From Candidatus Bathyarchaeota archaeon (GTDB lineage Archaea; Thermoproteota; Bathyarchaeia; Bathyarchaeales; Bathycorpusculaceae): a stretch of 64,000 bases of DNA. The notes beneath the pieces are model-generated. The model was given only the letters and a program-made list of their open reading frames with translations. It was not told where the DNA came from and made no database searches. This document shows, piece after piece, positions 16,704 to 27,106 of this stretch. How positions within the stretch are numbered: position 1 is the stretch's first letter; the number at the start of each line of letters is the position of its first letter. The stretch lies in contig JAOZHY010000029.1 in the NCBI GenBank assembly GCA_026014595.1, positions 7,135-71,134 of the forward strand. Direction: 5' to 3'. A program made the position numbers and the translations under genes.

Positions 16704-18422
16704 ATGGGATTTCTTGACTATGCATGGAACATCTCAGTTCAAAAAGACAACACTAAAGTGAAGATACTGCAGGATTCAGCCTTAGACCAGCCTACTTTAG
16801 AGCAAGACAGTTACGGGTTTACCGTAAAACTCCCTGCTATTCGCTTCCGCGAAGACGGAAAAATTTCGTATCTTCGGGAAACTTTTCCTCTGAATACGAC
16901 AGGCAGAATTAAAGTAGGGCGCTTGTTCAGGGCGGCGGTCTTGCACCTAACGACACATACGCTGGTTCCACTGCCTGAGGAAAAAATTGCTCCAAAAGCA
17001 TCAGACTCGTTCACCGAGGCATTCGCAAAATCGCTGGTTCGAGATGTTTACGTAAACGCTTGTCTTCAATCGTTATGTCCAGAACGGTTCGTTGATATAG
17101 CGTACGCAAACGCGCTGGCTTTTCATAAACTTAAGCGTGCCGAGAGAATTTTTGCGCCTTCCACACGGGTCATGTCGGCTATACTTTCAAAAGTTAACGT
17201 TGGCATGGTTAAAGGTTCCTTAACAAGGAAGGAGGAGCAAACCGTCAATGCACTGTTTAACGATCTGCTTCAGCTTAAGCAACCGTTCTCCGCGTCTTTG
17301 GCAGGCGAACAAATTAATGTTGAAGAAGTGTTCGATGAAAAAGTCAAAAACATACTGCGCTTGCTTGAGCCATTTGGTCCTTTCTTAGAAGCGCCATCGC
17401 TAAGTTACACTGAGCAGTTGGGGCGTTGCAGTATTTTCACAGAAACTGAAAAGCTCAATGACGCGGAAGTTGAACATGCATTCAAAACATCCATTGAAGC
17501 TCTGGGCGGTTCTGTCCCTCCAGAAGCAGGTATGGAATCTTGTTGGAGGAAAGAGCAAGATGCCGAAGCCCTGCAAGCGTTCGATTCAGAACAGCATGAT
17601 AAAGAGCGCCGAGAAAAAATCCTAGCCAAAATTACGCCATACGTCTCCGCAACGAGGTTTAAGTCTGTAAGTTTTCCGGAAGAAGATTATTCTCAATATC
17701 TAAGGGCAAGACGTTTGGTGCAGGGCGCAAGTCGCAGGCTTCTAGATATTCTACGAAGCGCTTTTAATTATTTAGATGAAAATCCACGGCAAGAAATGGG
17801 TCAGCTGGACCTGCCAGCTGTTATTCAATCGATTGCGAGTAACAAACCAGCCACGGACGTTTTTACTTTGGAAGAGTATCTTAAACCCAGTTTCGCTTGG
17901 TCTATAATCTTTGATGTGAGTCGAAGCATGGGAGTGAAGGGTGAATATGGCCGTGCCCTCGCCATAGCAGTAGCTGAGGCTGCGAAGGAGTTGATGACGG
18001 ATTCTTCTTCATGGACTTTCTTCGCCTTCAGCAATCACTTCTACATCCTTAAGGACAGCAATGAGTCTTACTCCAAAAGAGTAAGAGCTAGAATAGGCGG
18101 ACTCAGGTTTGACGGGCTCACTTACATTCCAGACGCGATTCAGGTGGCTGGAAAGATGCTGGCAAAAAGATTCGAAGAGCAACGATGCTTGATTGTTATT
18201 TCTGACGGCTGGCCACATGGCTATCCGAAAATACCTGCAGTGCTAAAAGAAAGCGTGGACGCCTTGTTAAGGAAAGGCGTTATAGTAATAGGTATAGGTG
18301 TGGAAACCGAGAGGATGGGAGATTTCTTCAGGCTGCATTCCTCGATCTACACGCAAAAGGACCTGATTAACCGGTTCGGCGGCTTGTATGTGGATGCGTC
18401 AGCAAAGGCGCTTGAGACTTGA
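16704..18422 (+). CDS. VWA-domain protein (CbbO/NorD-like MoxR partner)
   Basis: C-terminal MIDAS DVSRSM...T...SDG; 23 bp downstream of the MoxR gene. Confidence 0.88.
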   Translation: MGFLDYAWNISVQKDNTKVKILQDSALDQPTLEQDSYGFTVKLPAIRFREDGKISYLRETFPLNTTGRIKVGRLFRAAVLHLTTHTLVPLPEEKIAPKASDSFTEAFAKSLVRDVYVNACLQSLCPERFVDIAYANALAFHKLKRAERIFAPSTRVMSAILSKVNVGMVKGSLTRKEEQTVNALFNDLLQLKQPFSASLAGEQINVEEVFDEKVKNILRLLEPFGPFLEAPSLSYTEQLGRCSIFTETEKLNDAEVEHAFKTSIEALGGSVPPEAGMESCWRKEQDAEALQAFDSEQHDKERREKILAKITPYVSATRFKSVSFPEEDYSQYLRARRLVQGASRRLLDILRSAFNYLDENPRQEMGQLDLPAVIQSIASNKPATDVFTLEEYLKPSFAWSIIFDVSRSMGVKGEYGRALAIAVAEAAKELMTDSSSWTFFAFSNHFYILKDSNESYSKRVRARIGGLRFDGLTYIPDAIQVAGKMLAKRFEEQRCLIVISDGWPHGYPKIPAVLKESVDALLRKGVIVIGIGVETERMGDFFRLHSSIYTQKDLINRFGGLYVDASAKALET

Positions 18423-18494
18423 GCCGCTTAACGACCATTTTTCTTTCGTGTAAAACATCTTTATGACGGGAGCCTTCGAGAAGTTAACATGGAT

Positions 18495-18506
18495 TCTGGA
18501 TTCAGA
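18495..18506. promoter_or_regulatory. candidate palindromic operator TCTG-N4-CAGA upstream of the trmB-like gene
   Basis: TCTGGATTCAGA just upstream of TATA-like TTATAAAA (18521); related copies at 18567, 21014 and 29551. Confidence 0.4.
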
Positions 18507-18580
18507 TTGACAGGTCGTAATTATAAAATATATATTCAGTCAGAATCAGTGGCACTGCGGTTCGGATTTGGAATCAAAAG

Positions 18581-19522
18581 GTGAAAACTGACATGGAGCT
18601 TGCTATGGAAAAACCCACGGACCTGATAAGGGTTTACGATGGAAAGGCTGATGCATGCAAATTCGTCAAACGAGACAAGGGCTTCAACAAACAACTATCG
18701 GTTGTCGAGGAAACGCTGGCAAGGTTTGGGCTGCTTAAGAACGAGATTAAAGTGTACCTCTATCTAGCCAGAGCATCAGAAAAGAAAGCTGGCGAAATAG
18801 CTGAAGCAATCTCGCTTCACAGGACCGAAACATACCGCATACTGCGCGATTTGGAAAAGAAGGGCATAGTTTTCTCAATTTTTGCAAAACCTTTGAAATT
18901 CACAGCTGTTCCACTGGATAAAGCCATAGATATACTCTTAGATGCCCAAAAAATGAAAATCAAGCTTTTAGAGAAAGAAAAAGCAAGCCTAGTGGAGCTC
19001 TGGCTCTCAATACCTCAGCAGAAAGCGGTGCAGACGAAAAAGGAGCTCTTCCAAATGCTGCAAGGTGAACAACAGGTAGCTCTCAAAGCTGACGAACTGC
19101 TCGAGGGTACAAAAGAGGAGTTTCAAATTTTCGCTCCAGACGACTACTTAGCGCAGTTGTACTACAGCGATTTCACTGACAAGCTGAAAGAGAAACTGGA
19201 CAAAATTAACATAACGCTGCTGACCGAAGATTCGCAGAAAAGCGCATATTTCCTTGAGCAAATGCAATGGCCTCGGAACAAGCGTTACATAGTGAAAACA
19301 CAGAACTTGCCGTGTTTCATGATTTCAGACCGAAAAGAGTTGCTAATCGCCTTCCACGAGAACGAGGCTTCGAACGAAGACGGCGACAAAAAGAAAGACC
19401 GAACCGCAGCAATCTGGACAAACTACACCGCTTTTATCTGGACTTTGCAGATGCTCTTCTCAAAACTTTTAGAAACAGGAGAAGACGCTCATGAAGCAGG
19501 CTCCAAAAAGCAAGCCCGTTAA
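18581..19522 (+). CDS. TrmB-family transcriptional regulator
   Basis: FGLLKNEIKVYLYL...AGEIA...HRTETYRILRDLEKKG wHTH; C-terminal domain FMISDRKEL..AAIWTN. Confidence 0.9.
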   Translation: MKTDMELAMEKPTDLIRVYDGKADACKFVKRDKGFNKQLSVVEETLARFGLLKNEIKVYLYLARASEKKAGEIAEAISLHRTETYRILRDLEKKGIVFSIFAKPLKFTAVPLDKAIDILLDAQKMKIKLLEKEKASLVELWLSIPQQKAVQTKKELFQMLQGEQQVALKADELLEGTKEEFQIFAPDDYLAQLYYSDFTDKLKEKLDKINITLLTEDSQKSAYFLEQMQWPRNKRYIVKTQNLPCFMISDRKELLIAFHENEASNEDGDKKKDRTAAIWTNYTAFIWTLQMLFSKLLETGEDAHEAGSKKQAR

Positions 19523-20877
19523 ACGCTGCACATCGAAGTTGTGTCCGCATTTAGTTTTGAAATTCTTCGATTGACGTGTCTCCTGATAAGGAAGAACGAG
19601 ACCGCAAGCACGCTCACAGCCACGACCAGCACTAGCGCAAAAAACAAGAACGTTGAAAGAACGTTGTCTCTGTTCGTGACGTTTATTTTCACAACGTAGT
19701 AGTCGTAGTGCCCCATGCTCAGCGAGTTGGTCCAGCCCGCCATGACGAACTCGTTATCCGCCGTTTCCAACACTGCATATGCCTCTTCGTACTCACTTCT
19801 GCCCACCGTGCAGCTCCACTGAATGCTGCTTGAATCGTCGATTTTGAAAAGCCAGAAATCTCTCTGCCCGCTGCCGAAAGAGAACGTGAAACCGCCGACG
19901 ACGTACCCGCCGCTGCCGGAACCAGTAATGCAAGAGGGCATATCAAAGCCGCTACCGCCCGCTGTCCTATCCCACACCAAATTGCCGTTCAAATCAACTT
20001 TTATCACCCATGCATCGTTGTCACCTGCGCCTTTTGAACGCGTGTCGCCAGCAACCACGCATCCGCCTGAAGCTGCAACGACGGCGTAGGCTTTGTCGCT
20101 TTGTGTTCCCCCGTACGTTTTGTTCCAAACCATGTTCCCGTCCGCGTCAATTTTCAGCAGTAGGAATTCGTAGTCTCCGTTTCCCATTGAATCCGTGTAG
20201 CCTGCCACGACAAAGTTGTTATCCTCCGTCTGCGCGATGGCTCTGCCCACGTCATCCAGCGGCCACCCGTAGTTTTTACTCCAAGCAACGTTGCCGTTCA
20301 AGTCGATTTTGATGACCCAAACGTCAGACTCGCTGCTGCTGAACGAGTATGTCAAGCCGGCAAGCATGAAGCCGTCTTGGGTCTTCGTTGCTGAAAAGAG
20401 CTTGTCCACTTCTGCGCCACCCACCGTAACATTCCATTTCATGGTGCCGTTATCATCAATTTTCACCACGTACCCGTCCGTGTCACCTGAAGGCAGGAAC
20501 ATGTTTCCGACAAGCAGGAAGCCATCCGTTAAGCCGAGGGCGTATCTGAATTCACTGTCTGCATCCTCGGAGTAGGTGCGGTTCCAGAGGACATTTCCAT
20601 CGCGGTCAAGCCGCAGAACCCAGCCCAGCGTTTTTCCCTGTTCAAGTGAGGCTGAGGAGCCGACCACCAAGTAGCCATCTCCGGCGGTCGTTGCATAAAA
20701 GGCTCTGTCGTCGCCTGTTCCGCCGTAGGTTTTTTCCCAGAGCACGTTCGCCTTCTGCGGATTCGAAGTGCCAGAACTTGACGCTGCCAAGGCAACGGAA
20801 TCAGCATTGACCGTTGAAACTAAAATGATGGTCGCTATGAGCAGAAAGAGCAGAGCGTGTTTTCTTTCATCTTCCAT
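19519..20877 (-). CDS. secreted, C-terminally membrane-anchored beta-propeller repeat protein
   Basis: Signal peptide; ~7 repeats of ~50 aa (W.KTYGG..D....G.V.AG...D.W..K.D..G); TM helix plus basic tail. Confidence 0.85.
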   Translation of the reverse strand: MEDERKHALLFLLIATIILVSTVNADSVALAASSSGTSNPQKANVLWEKTYGGTGDDRAFYATTAGDGYLVVGSSASLEQGKTLGWVLRLDRDGNVLWNRTYSEDADSEFRYALGLTDGFLLVGNMFLPSGDTDGYVVKIDDNGTMKWNVTVGGAEVDKLFSATKTQDGFMLAGLTYSFSSSESDVWVIKIDLNGNVAWSKNYGWPLDDVGRAIAQTEDNNFVVAGYTDSMGNGDYEFLLLKIDADGNMVWNKTYGGTQSDKAYAVVAASGGCVVAGDTRSKGAGDNDAWVIKVDLNGNLVWDRTAGGSGFDMPSCITGSGSGGYVVGGFTFSFGSGQRDFWLFKIDDSSSIQWSCTVGRSEYEEAYAVLETADNEFVMAGWTNSLSMGHYDYYVVKINVTNRDNVLSTFLFFALVLVVAVSVLAVSFFLIRRHVNRRISKLNADTTSMCSV

Positions 20878-21293
20878 CTTCCATGAACTCCTTTTCAGGT
20901 TTATTCAGAGCCTTTCGGATTGAATGAGAAATAGAGTCTAAGTCAGGGCTATTTATTCTTATATAAGGTCTGAGCGCTTTGCTCTAAACATAATGAGACT
21001 TATCTGAGGCGGATCTGGAATCAGACCACGTATTGGATGTTTTCGCTTCTCGTGTCCACATTGGTGTCTTTGGCATGCTTCAATAGCCAGCGCGAAAGCC
21101 TTTCGCACTTGTTGGGGTCGCAGGAGAAACGCTTGTTTTCTTGGTTCCACAACAGGCATGTTGAGCATGGAATTTCCGCGTCAGGTTCCATTTTTCAGTC
21201 GCGCTAATGTCGGCATAAAGTTAATTTATCACTTGTGAATTGCAATTAATGCACAAACGTAATGATTACAGATACATCCCAGTGGGCAAAGAA

Positions 21294-22073
21294 CTAACCT
21301 CGAACGCAGGTTGCGTTCGCGCGGATTAATATGCCCCGCAAGTCCTGGCAATAAACTGAAACTAACATCGGGTCATCTGGGTTCGCGGTTTCAGCGGTGA
21401 AAGACATGGCGTACGTTCCGTTTCCGTAGTCAGTGACGCTTGGCGACATAACTTGAATCCATTCTTCGGTCAAAAGGGAGCCGTCCTGTTCATAGAACAC
21501 CGTGAAGTTTTGCGCTAGAGCAGGTTTGCCTTCGTTAAAGAGGCTGCAGGTCAAGTTGACTTGCTTAAGCGACCCAGTCAACACCGTATAAAACCCGCTC
21601 ACTTTGAGCTCCGAGGTCAAGTTTACTGCATATGCGGCGCGGCAGGTTGCTGAGGTTCCAGTAGAATTTAAGTAAACGTTGACGTATGCGCTTGAGACTC
21701 CCCTCCCCTCGGTGCTCCAGTCAATCCAGATTCCGTTCTGATAAGGCGCCGCGTTCAAAGGCGCGAACTGCATTTTAATGATCGCTGTGTACGAGTGGCC
21801 TTCCACCACAGATTGGAACTGGTTCAAATCTGCGACGAGGGTGCCTGTTTCTCCGCCGTTGGAGATGTTAGCCAACGCACTTAACACGGTGTGCATTATA
21901 CCCAGTTTAACGGCTGAGAAATCAGCGTCCGTTCCTGAATCGTAAGCGGGCGCTTCTTTCTCGGTCTCGGCAACGTACAGCGCCGTGGAAAGCAACAGCA
22001 TGGTTATTATCAAAGCCGCGATGATTAGCACTTGACCAGAGTTGCGGCGCCGAGTCGTCTGGAAGGTTTGCAT
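21294..22073 (-). CDS. minor pilin-like protein (class III signal peptide)
   Basis: RRRNSG|QVLIIAALII hydrophobic segment. Confidence 0.75.
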   Translation of the reverse strand: MQTFQTTRRRNSGQVLIIAALIITMLLLSTALYVAETEKEAPAYDSGTDADFSAVKLGIMHTVLSALANISNGGETGTLVADLNQFQSVVEGHSYTAIIKMQFAPLNAAPYQNGIWIDWSTEGRGVSSAYVNVYLNSTGTSATCRAAYAVNLTSELKVSGFYTVLTGSLKQVNLTCSLFNEGKPALAQNFTVFYEQDGSLLTEEWIQVMSPSVTDYGNGTYAMSFTAETANPDDPMLVSVYCQDLRGILIRANATCVRG

Positions 22074-22074
22074 G

Positions 22075-22500
22075 TCAATCCACCATCGCGAGCTGCAGCC
22101 TGACTATGTAAATCGCGTAGTTGCTACTTGTGGCTGCGCACACGTAGTCTGTGGACACTATGTTGTCGCTGACCGCGCTTCCGCTGCAAATCGGCGTGTT
22201 GTTGATGCTGGTCATGTTTTCGTTGAATACGGTTAGGTTAAACCACATGGCAGGGCTGACTGCGGATTGAATGGAGCTTTTGAGTTCGGTCCAGTTGCCG
22301 CTGCTTATCAGTTCCGCTAAATGCCCGTTGCTATCTAGGCTAAGGAGAATGTTCTGGGCTGTAGAAGAGAGCATGTCAAAGGAGCCACCTGGTCTGTTCT
22401 GTGCCGCCGGAATCAGGGTAAGCGATGCAAGCAGAAGCATGGACGCGAAGAAAGCTTCGATGGTGCGGATTTGCCCTTTTTTGTCTTTCAGCAGCCTCAT
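22075..22500 (-). CDS. minor pilin-like protein (class III signal peptide)
   Basis: KDKKG|QIRTIEAFFASMLLL. Confidence 0.78.
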   Translation of the reverse strand: MRLLKDKKGQIRTIEAFFASMLLLASLTLIPAAQNRPGGSFDMLSSTAQNILLSLDSNGHLAELISSGNWTELKSSIQSAVSPAMWFNLTVFNENMTSINNTPICSGSAVSDNIVSTDYVCAATSSNYAIYIVRLQLAMVD

Positions 22501-23540
22501 TGAGCCACATCTCCAAAGGTCAACGTCAGCTTGTAAAAGGCGCCGTTGATGGTTACCACGTAGACGAACACGTTTTCCTCAGAGTTCTCGAAATCTGCCC
22601 CAAACTGCAGCGGAACATCTGGATAAGCAACCCACTCCACGAAAGACGCAGCGCTGGTTTGACCTGAAATGACGGTGACTGTGGGACTTTTGTCCACAAA
22701 CGCGGGAATGGCATAGATGCTGTTTGAGGTTGCTGTGAGGTTTGCTTGGTAAGAGTAAGAGAAAACGTAGCCATCGTTCACGGTTATGTCGAGAACGTTC
22801 TGGCTTACGTTAAGCGTGTGGTTCAGGGAACTTAACCGCAGAAAGGTTTGGTTGGGAGCCGGCGTCTCCGACAAATGAGCAAACGAGTATACCTCATAAG
22901 CAGTCAGTCTTTCATCAGATGTGGCGCGTGCGAACACAATCAGCAGCGCAGGTCCATTAGCCGAGTTTGGAATTTCAAAAGTTGCGTATCCAACGCCTGA
23001 GCTTGACGTGGTGCTGTAAACGTCAGCCAGAAAATCCGTGGCGACCATGTAGCAGTGCAGTCCTGCGCTGACTGACCCTTGCGCTTGACTGACTTGAATC
23101 ATAAAAGTGTACGTTGTGGCGGCTCCTGTGGTGGTGTTGGCGGAGAGCATGACGGCTATTGCCAGCATCTTTGATAGTTTTATGCCCAGCGCCAAGTTGT
23201 TGAGTCGTGCAGCATTGGAAACTTCACCGTAAGAGAGCGCATAACTGCTTTGGCTGTTCAATCGCGTGACTTTATCCACATCAAGGTCGTATGGGTATGA
23301 AGCTTCTCCGCTGTGTAAACCGAAGCTGCTTGGGACAGCGGCACCTGAACCCCAATCTGTTGGACTGCCAAGACTGAACACTATTTGGTCAGCTATCGCT
23401 CTGAGATAGTTTTGCTTGTTCAGGTCCTGCATGCTGTCAATGCGGGTTTGCATGGTTCCAACTAGCGAAGCCGTTGCCAACAGGGCGACTGAGACCAGCA
23501 ATGCACACGCGAAGTAGGTGTCTATGGAAACGGTGGGCAT
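22497..23540 (-). CDS. pilus-associated membrane-anchored protein
   Basis: N-terminal hydrophobic helix, GSPTDWG motif, coupled to next gene by ATGA overlap. Confidence 0.7.
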   Translation of the reverse strand: MPTVSIDTYFACALLVSVALLATASLVGTMQTRIDSMQDLNKQNYLRAIADQIVFSLGSPTDWGSGAAVPSSFGLHSGEASYPYDLDVDKVTRLNSQSSYALSYGEVSNAARLNNLALGIKLSKMLAIAVMLSANTTTGAATTYTFMIQVSQAQGSVSAGLHCYMVATDFLADVYSTTSSSGVGYATFEIPNSANGPALLIVFARATSDERLTAYEVYSFAHLSETPAPNQTFLRLSSLNHTLNVSQNVLDITVNDGYVFSYSYQANLTATSNSIYAIPAFVDKSPTVTVISGQTSAASFVEWVAYPDVPLQFGADFENSEENVFVYVVTINGAFYKLTLTFGDVAQ

Positions 23541-23556
23541 GTTTTCCTCCCTCGGG

Positions 23557-25071
23557 CTATCCTGCCATAGACGCCATAGATATGCCGAACATGCCTGAGA
23601 GCAGCTGCTGAGATGCTATCAGAGACAGGTACGCGGTTGCGGTCAGCAATGCAGCGTACTGGAATCCGGCGCCGAAGTTGCCTTCGCTTATCTTTCCGAT
23701 GAAGAAGCCTGAGATCCAGCACTGGAGAATTATGCCCACGGAAAACATTCTTATCTGGTCCTGCATGGCCATGAAAGCGACTTCGGACAGGCTTGTTGTC
23801 ACCACCGTGGTCATCATGTACGTGGTTAAAGACACAATCGTCGTTGTCACGGCTATGAGAATGCTCCATATGAACGCTAAAACGATGTAGGGTCTGAGCA
23901 GCCCGCGCCTGTTGATTTGCAGTTCGCGTTCTTTCTCGCTGTACTCAGAGAGTATCTCAAGCGACTCTGTCGAATTTCCGCCAACCTCGACGGTTTCAAC
24001 CATCATAGCGAAGTTTAAGGTGACGAACCAGCTTCGTATCTCCCGACGTATGTTGCTGAAAGTTTTTCTAAGCGGAACACCCCACTCGATTTGGCTGCGC
24101 ATGAGTTCTAGGAATTTTGAGAATGGGCCGTAATCTTTGCGTTTTGTGGCTTGGATGATGCTTTTTTCAGGAGAAAGCCCTATTTTTTGCGATTCGGTGA
24201 CGTCTCGGATGAAGCTTGGAATCGAGTCTTCAGCGTTATAGTTGATTTTTGCGATTCTTCTGTACTGGATGGCGGGCAGCAAAGAAGCAGCTACCAGTCC
24301 TATCGTGACGATTTCTGGCAGACCCACAGGCTTCATAGCCTCGGATAAGGATGGTACCAGAACGAAGACTAATAACACTACGCCGACTGCTGCTATGATG
24401 ACTGCTGCTTTTTTGTACAGGTCCTGCAGGTTTTCGAAAGCGCTTCTCTGCATGTTGTGTGCAACCATTATGAAGATGAGCGACAGCACGGGCATGAAAA
24501 GGAACGCTATTAGATACGAGATGATGGGCGATACCGATAGGGAGCTCTGGGACATGACATCCATCACGTTGGTTGAGGAGAAGACCACAAAGAGAATGTA
24601 CGTGCACAGCACCACGATAAGCATGACCGTGTAAGCTTCAACCAGCGTGGCTATTTTCTCGACGGAGCGGGTTAACGCGTTGTGCCTAAGCTCAAAAATG
24701 GCTTTCAGCTCGCTTCTCATGTAGTCCACTATCTTTCCCCCGCTTCGCACGGATGAGATGAACCCGCCAAGGAAGTTTCTGTACAGCTTCGAGTTTGTTT
24801 TCTCCGCCCGCTGGTACATGACGGTCAAGGGGTCTTTGCCCAAGACTTCCACTTGCCTTACGACTTCGTCAGCTTCCTTTCTAAAAGTGGGTAGGAACGA
24901 GAGTTTCCGCATTTTCTTCCAACTCTCATATGGTGAGACTCCGCTTGCCGCCATCAGCGTGAAAATCATAACCACGAAGGGCAGTTCATGCTCGATTTTC
25001 TCCTTCTCCTCACTGGTGGCTCTCGACAGAAAACCTAAAGCTTTGCCGAAGAAGCCGCCTTGCGTCTTCAT
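23557..25071 (-). CDS. type IV pilus/archaellum membrane platform protein (TadC/FlaJ-like, two T2SS-F domains)
   Basis: ELPFVV..LMAASGVSP and IPSFIRDV..SQKIGLSP duplicated T2SSF domains, multi-TM. Confidence 0.9.
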   Translation of the reverse strand: MKTQGGFFGKALGFLSRATSEEKEKIEHELPFVVMIFTLMAASGVSPYESWKKMRKLSFLPTFRKEADEVVRQVEVLGKDPLTVMYQRAEKTNSKLYRNFLGGFISSVRSGGKIVDYMRSELKAIFELRHNALTRSVEKIATLVEAYTVMLIVVLCTYILFVVFSSTNVMDVMSQSSLSVSPIISYLIAFLFMPVLSLIFIMVAHNMQRSAFENLQDLYKKAAVIIAAVGVVLLVFVLVPSLSEAMKPVGLPEIVTIGLVAASLLPAIQYRRIAKINYNAEDSIPSFIRDVTESQKIGLSPEKSIIQATKRKDYGPFSKFLELMRSQIEWGVPLRKTFSNIRREIRSWFVTLNFAMMVETVEVGGNSTESLEILSEYSEKERELQINRRGLLRPYIVLAFIWSILIAVTTTIVSLTTYMMTTVVTTSLSEVAFMAMQDQIRMFSVGIILQCWISGFFIGKISEGNFGAGFQYAALLTATAYLSLIASQQLLSGMFGISMASMAG

Positions 25072-25075
25072 TTGT

Positions 25076-26656
25076 TTACGGCTCCTGAACGGTTTCTTTG
25101 TCTTCTAAGTCTTGCACGTTAAGCGAGCTGTTCAATGCTTTATGCACGCTTCTGAAGTCGCGGAGGTTCTTTTCAACCATTTTCAGCAGGATATGCTTCC
25201 GTCTCTCCAGTTCTTGAATGACTACGCTTAATGGTACGTCGAGGTTTTTGGCTATTTTATTCAGCAGATAGCTCTGGTCCACTTTCTGCTGGAAAGTTTC
25301 CGCTGACGGGTTCCACAAGAACACATCGTTAATCGCGCCGTTTGGGTCTATTTCTGAGACTCTGACGAATTTGCGGCTTGAAACCTTCTTATCCAGTGCT
25401 GCGAAGCCTGGGGTTTTCACCTGTTTGACAACTATGACGCAGTTCATTAGTGGCAAGATTCCTTGGGGGATGTTCATGGGAGGCTGGGTTAAACGTTTCA
25501 TAACTGATTCAACGTCTTCAGCGTGCATGGTGCAGAGCCCGCCGTGTCCCGTGGCTAAGGCTTGGAAGAGCACGTAGGCTTCTTCACCTCTGATTTCTCC
25601 GACTAGGATAAGTGCAGGGCGGTGTCGCACTGCTGATTTGATGAGGTCATACAGGGTTACTTCGCCTTCGCTGTCGCCGCCGAATCCTGGTCTGGCGATT
25701 GTTGATACCCAGTTTTCCTGCGGGAGGTTTACCTCAGCAACTTCTTCAACCGAGATAATTTTGAAGTCGGGTCTTACGAGGCATGCGATGGCGTTTAGCG
25801 CGGTAGTTTTTCCTGCGCCTGTTGGACCGACTATCATCACTGACATTTTGCTTTCCATCAGCATCCACAGGTAAGCGCCGATTGCCTCGTCTATGGTTTC
25901 GTTCATTATCAGGTCCACGATGGTCATGGGGTCTTCTTTGAATTTCCTGATGGTGAAGCTGGTTCCGGCGGGTGTTGTTTCTTTTCCGAAAGATACGGCG
26001 AGTCTGTGTTTTCCCGGGAGCGTCACGTCTACGATTGGGTGGGCGATGCTGACGTGTTTGCCTTGCCTGTGCACTATCCTCGTTATGAAGTCGTCTAGTT
26101 CCTCCTCGTCAGTGAAGATTATGTTGGTTCTTGCGTTCTCGTATTTTCTGTGCCACAGGTAGACGGGCTTGTTTACGCCTAGGCAACTGATGTCTTCGAT
26201 GAAGGGGTCGCAGATTAAGGCGTCGATTTTTCCGTAGCCAATCAAGTCTCGTTCGAGATAATGGCGGATTTTTCTCAGTCCAATCTGGTCGATTCCCTCA
26301 AGCGCTGTTTGGTGCTCTTCGATTATGCCGGGCAACTGTCTGTGGAATGACTCGGCGAGGGTTTCGTCTGACCGTGGCGCCTTCAACTCGTATTCCAGAA
26401 TGTTCTTCAACCGCTTGTAGGCATCTCTTTCCTCTCTAGACATCGTGAGTTCGTCGACGACGTAGAAGTAGCTGCCGTCGGATTCGTCTTGGAATATCCA
26501 CGCGTATGAATAGGGCGGTTTAAGAGGGTAACTTTCGACTTGAACGTATCCTTCGGGAACTCGGCAGCCTTGGATGCCCAGGTACCCGATTATTTCTTCT
26601 TCCGAAATTTTTTCTTCTTCTTCAATTTCTTCTTTTTTCTTTTTTCCAAACGGCAT
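25076..26656 (-). CDS. type IV pilus assembly ATPase (VirB11/TadA/FlaI family)
   Basis: DPFIEDISC, FTIRKF, GPTGAGKTT, SVEEVAE, VGEIRGEEA, TGHGGLCTMHA. Confidence 0.95.
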   Translation of the reverse strand: MPFGKKKKEEIEEEEKISEEEIIGYLGIQGCRVPEGYVQVESYPLKPPYSYAWIFQDESDGSYFYVVDELTMSREERDAYKRLKNILEYELKAPRSDETLAESFHRQLPGIIEEHQTALEGIDQIGLRKIRHYLERDLIGYGKIDALICDPFIEDISCLGVNKPVYLWHRKYENARTNIIFTDEEELDDFITRIVHRQGKHVSIAHPIVDVTLPGKHRLAVSFGKETTPAGTSFTIRKFKEDPMTIVDLIMNETIDEAIGAYLWMLMESKMSVMIVGPTGAGKTTALNAIACLVRPDFKIISVEEVAEVNLPQENWVSTIARPGFGGDSEGEVTLYDLIKSAVRHRPALILVGEIRGEEAYVLFQALATGHGGLCTMHAEDVESVMKRLTQPPMNIPQGILPLMNCVIVVKQVKTPGFAALDKKVSSRKFVRVSEIDPNGAINDVFLWNPSAETFQQKVDQSYLLNKIAKNLDVPLSVVIQELERRKHILLKMVEKNLRDFRSVHKALNSSLNVQDLEDKETVQEP

Positions 26657-26657
26657 T

Positions 26658-27104
26658 TCAACTGCCTCCAGAAAGCGTAAGGTAAACGCCTGAACCGTCA
26701 GAGTAGCATTCCAATTTGGCTGCGCCTAAGCCACTCGTGTAGGTGCCAGATGCGAAGACTTCAGTAGGTATGTAGGCTCGTTGTTGGTTGACCGTGGGCG
26801 TGGTGCCGAAGCCTGCTTCAACCCATGCTCTTGATGAGTCGTTCTTGATTTGAATCCAGTATCTTTGGTCTCCGATTGAGGGTGGCAGCGTTAAGCTCAG
26901 GGTTGCGGTCAAGTTGTCTGCTTTCGCGCGTGAGGTGAGTTCTAAGCTTTCTGTTGCAATGTACTCCGCTATGTTTGCAAGCTGCTGTTGCTTAGCCTCA
27001 TTCTTCACGCTGAGCGTTGAAAGCCCGCACGCGCAGATGACGATGGAGCCCACGATGAGTGAGGCGAAGAGCGTGTACATGTAGCTTGGGATTATTGACG
27101 GCAA
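26658..27104 (-). CDS. pilin-like accessory protein
   Basis: Likely TTG start 27104 after GAGGT; N-terminal hydrophobic helix, then amphipathic helix and beta domain. Confidence 0.7.
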   Translation of the reverse strand: MPSIIPSYMYTLFASLIVGSIVICACGLSTLSVKNEAKQQQLANIAEYIATESLELTSRAKADNLTATLSLTLPPSIGDQRYWIQIKNDSSRAWVEAGFGTTPTVNQQRAYIPTEVFASGTYTSGLGAAKLECYSDGSGVYLTLSGGS

Positions 27105-27106
27105 CT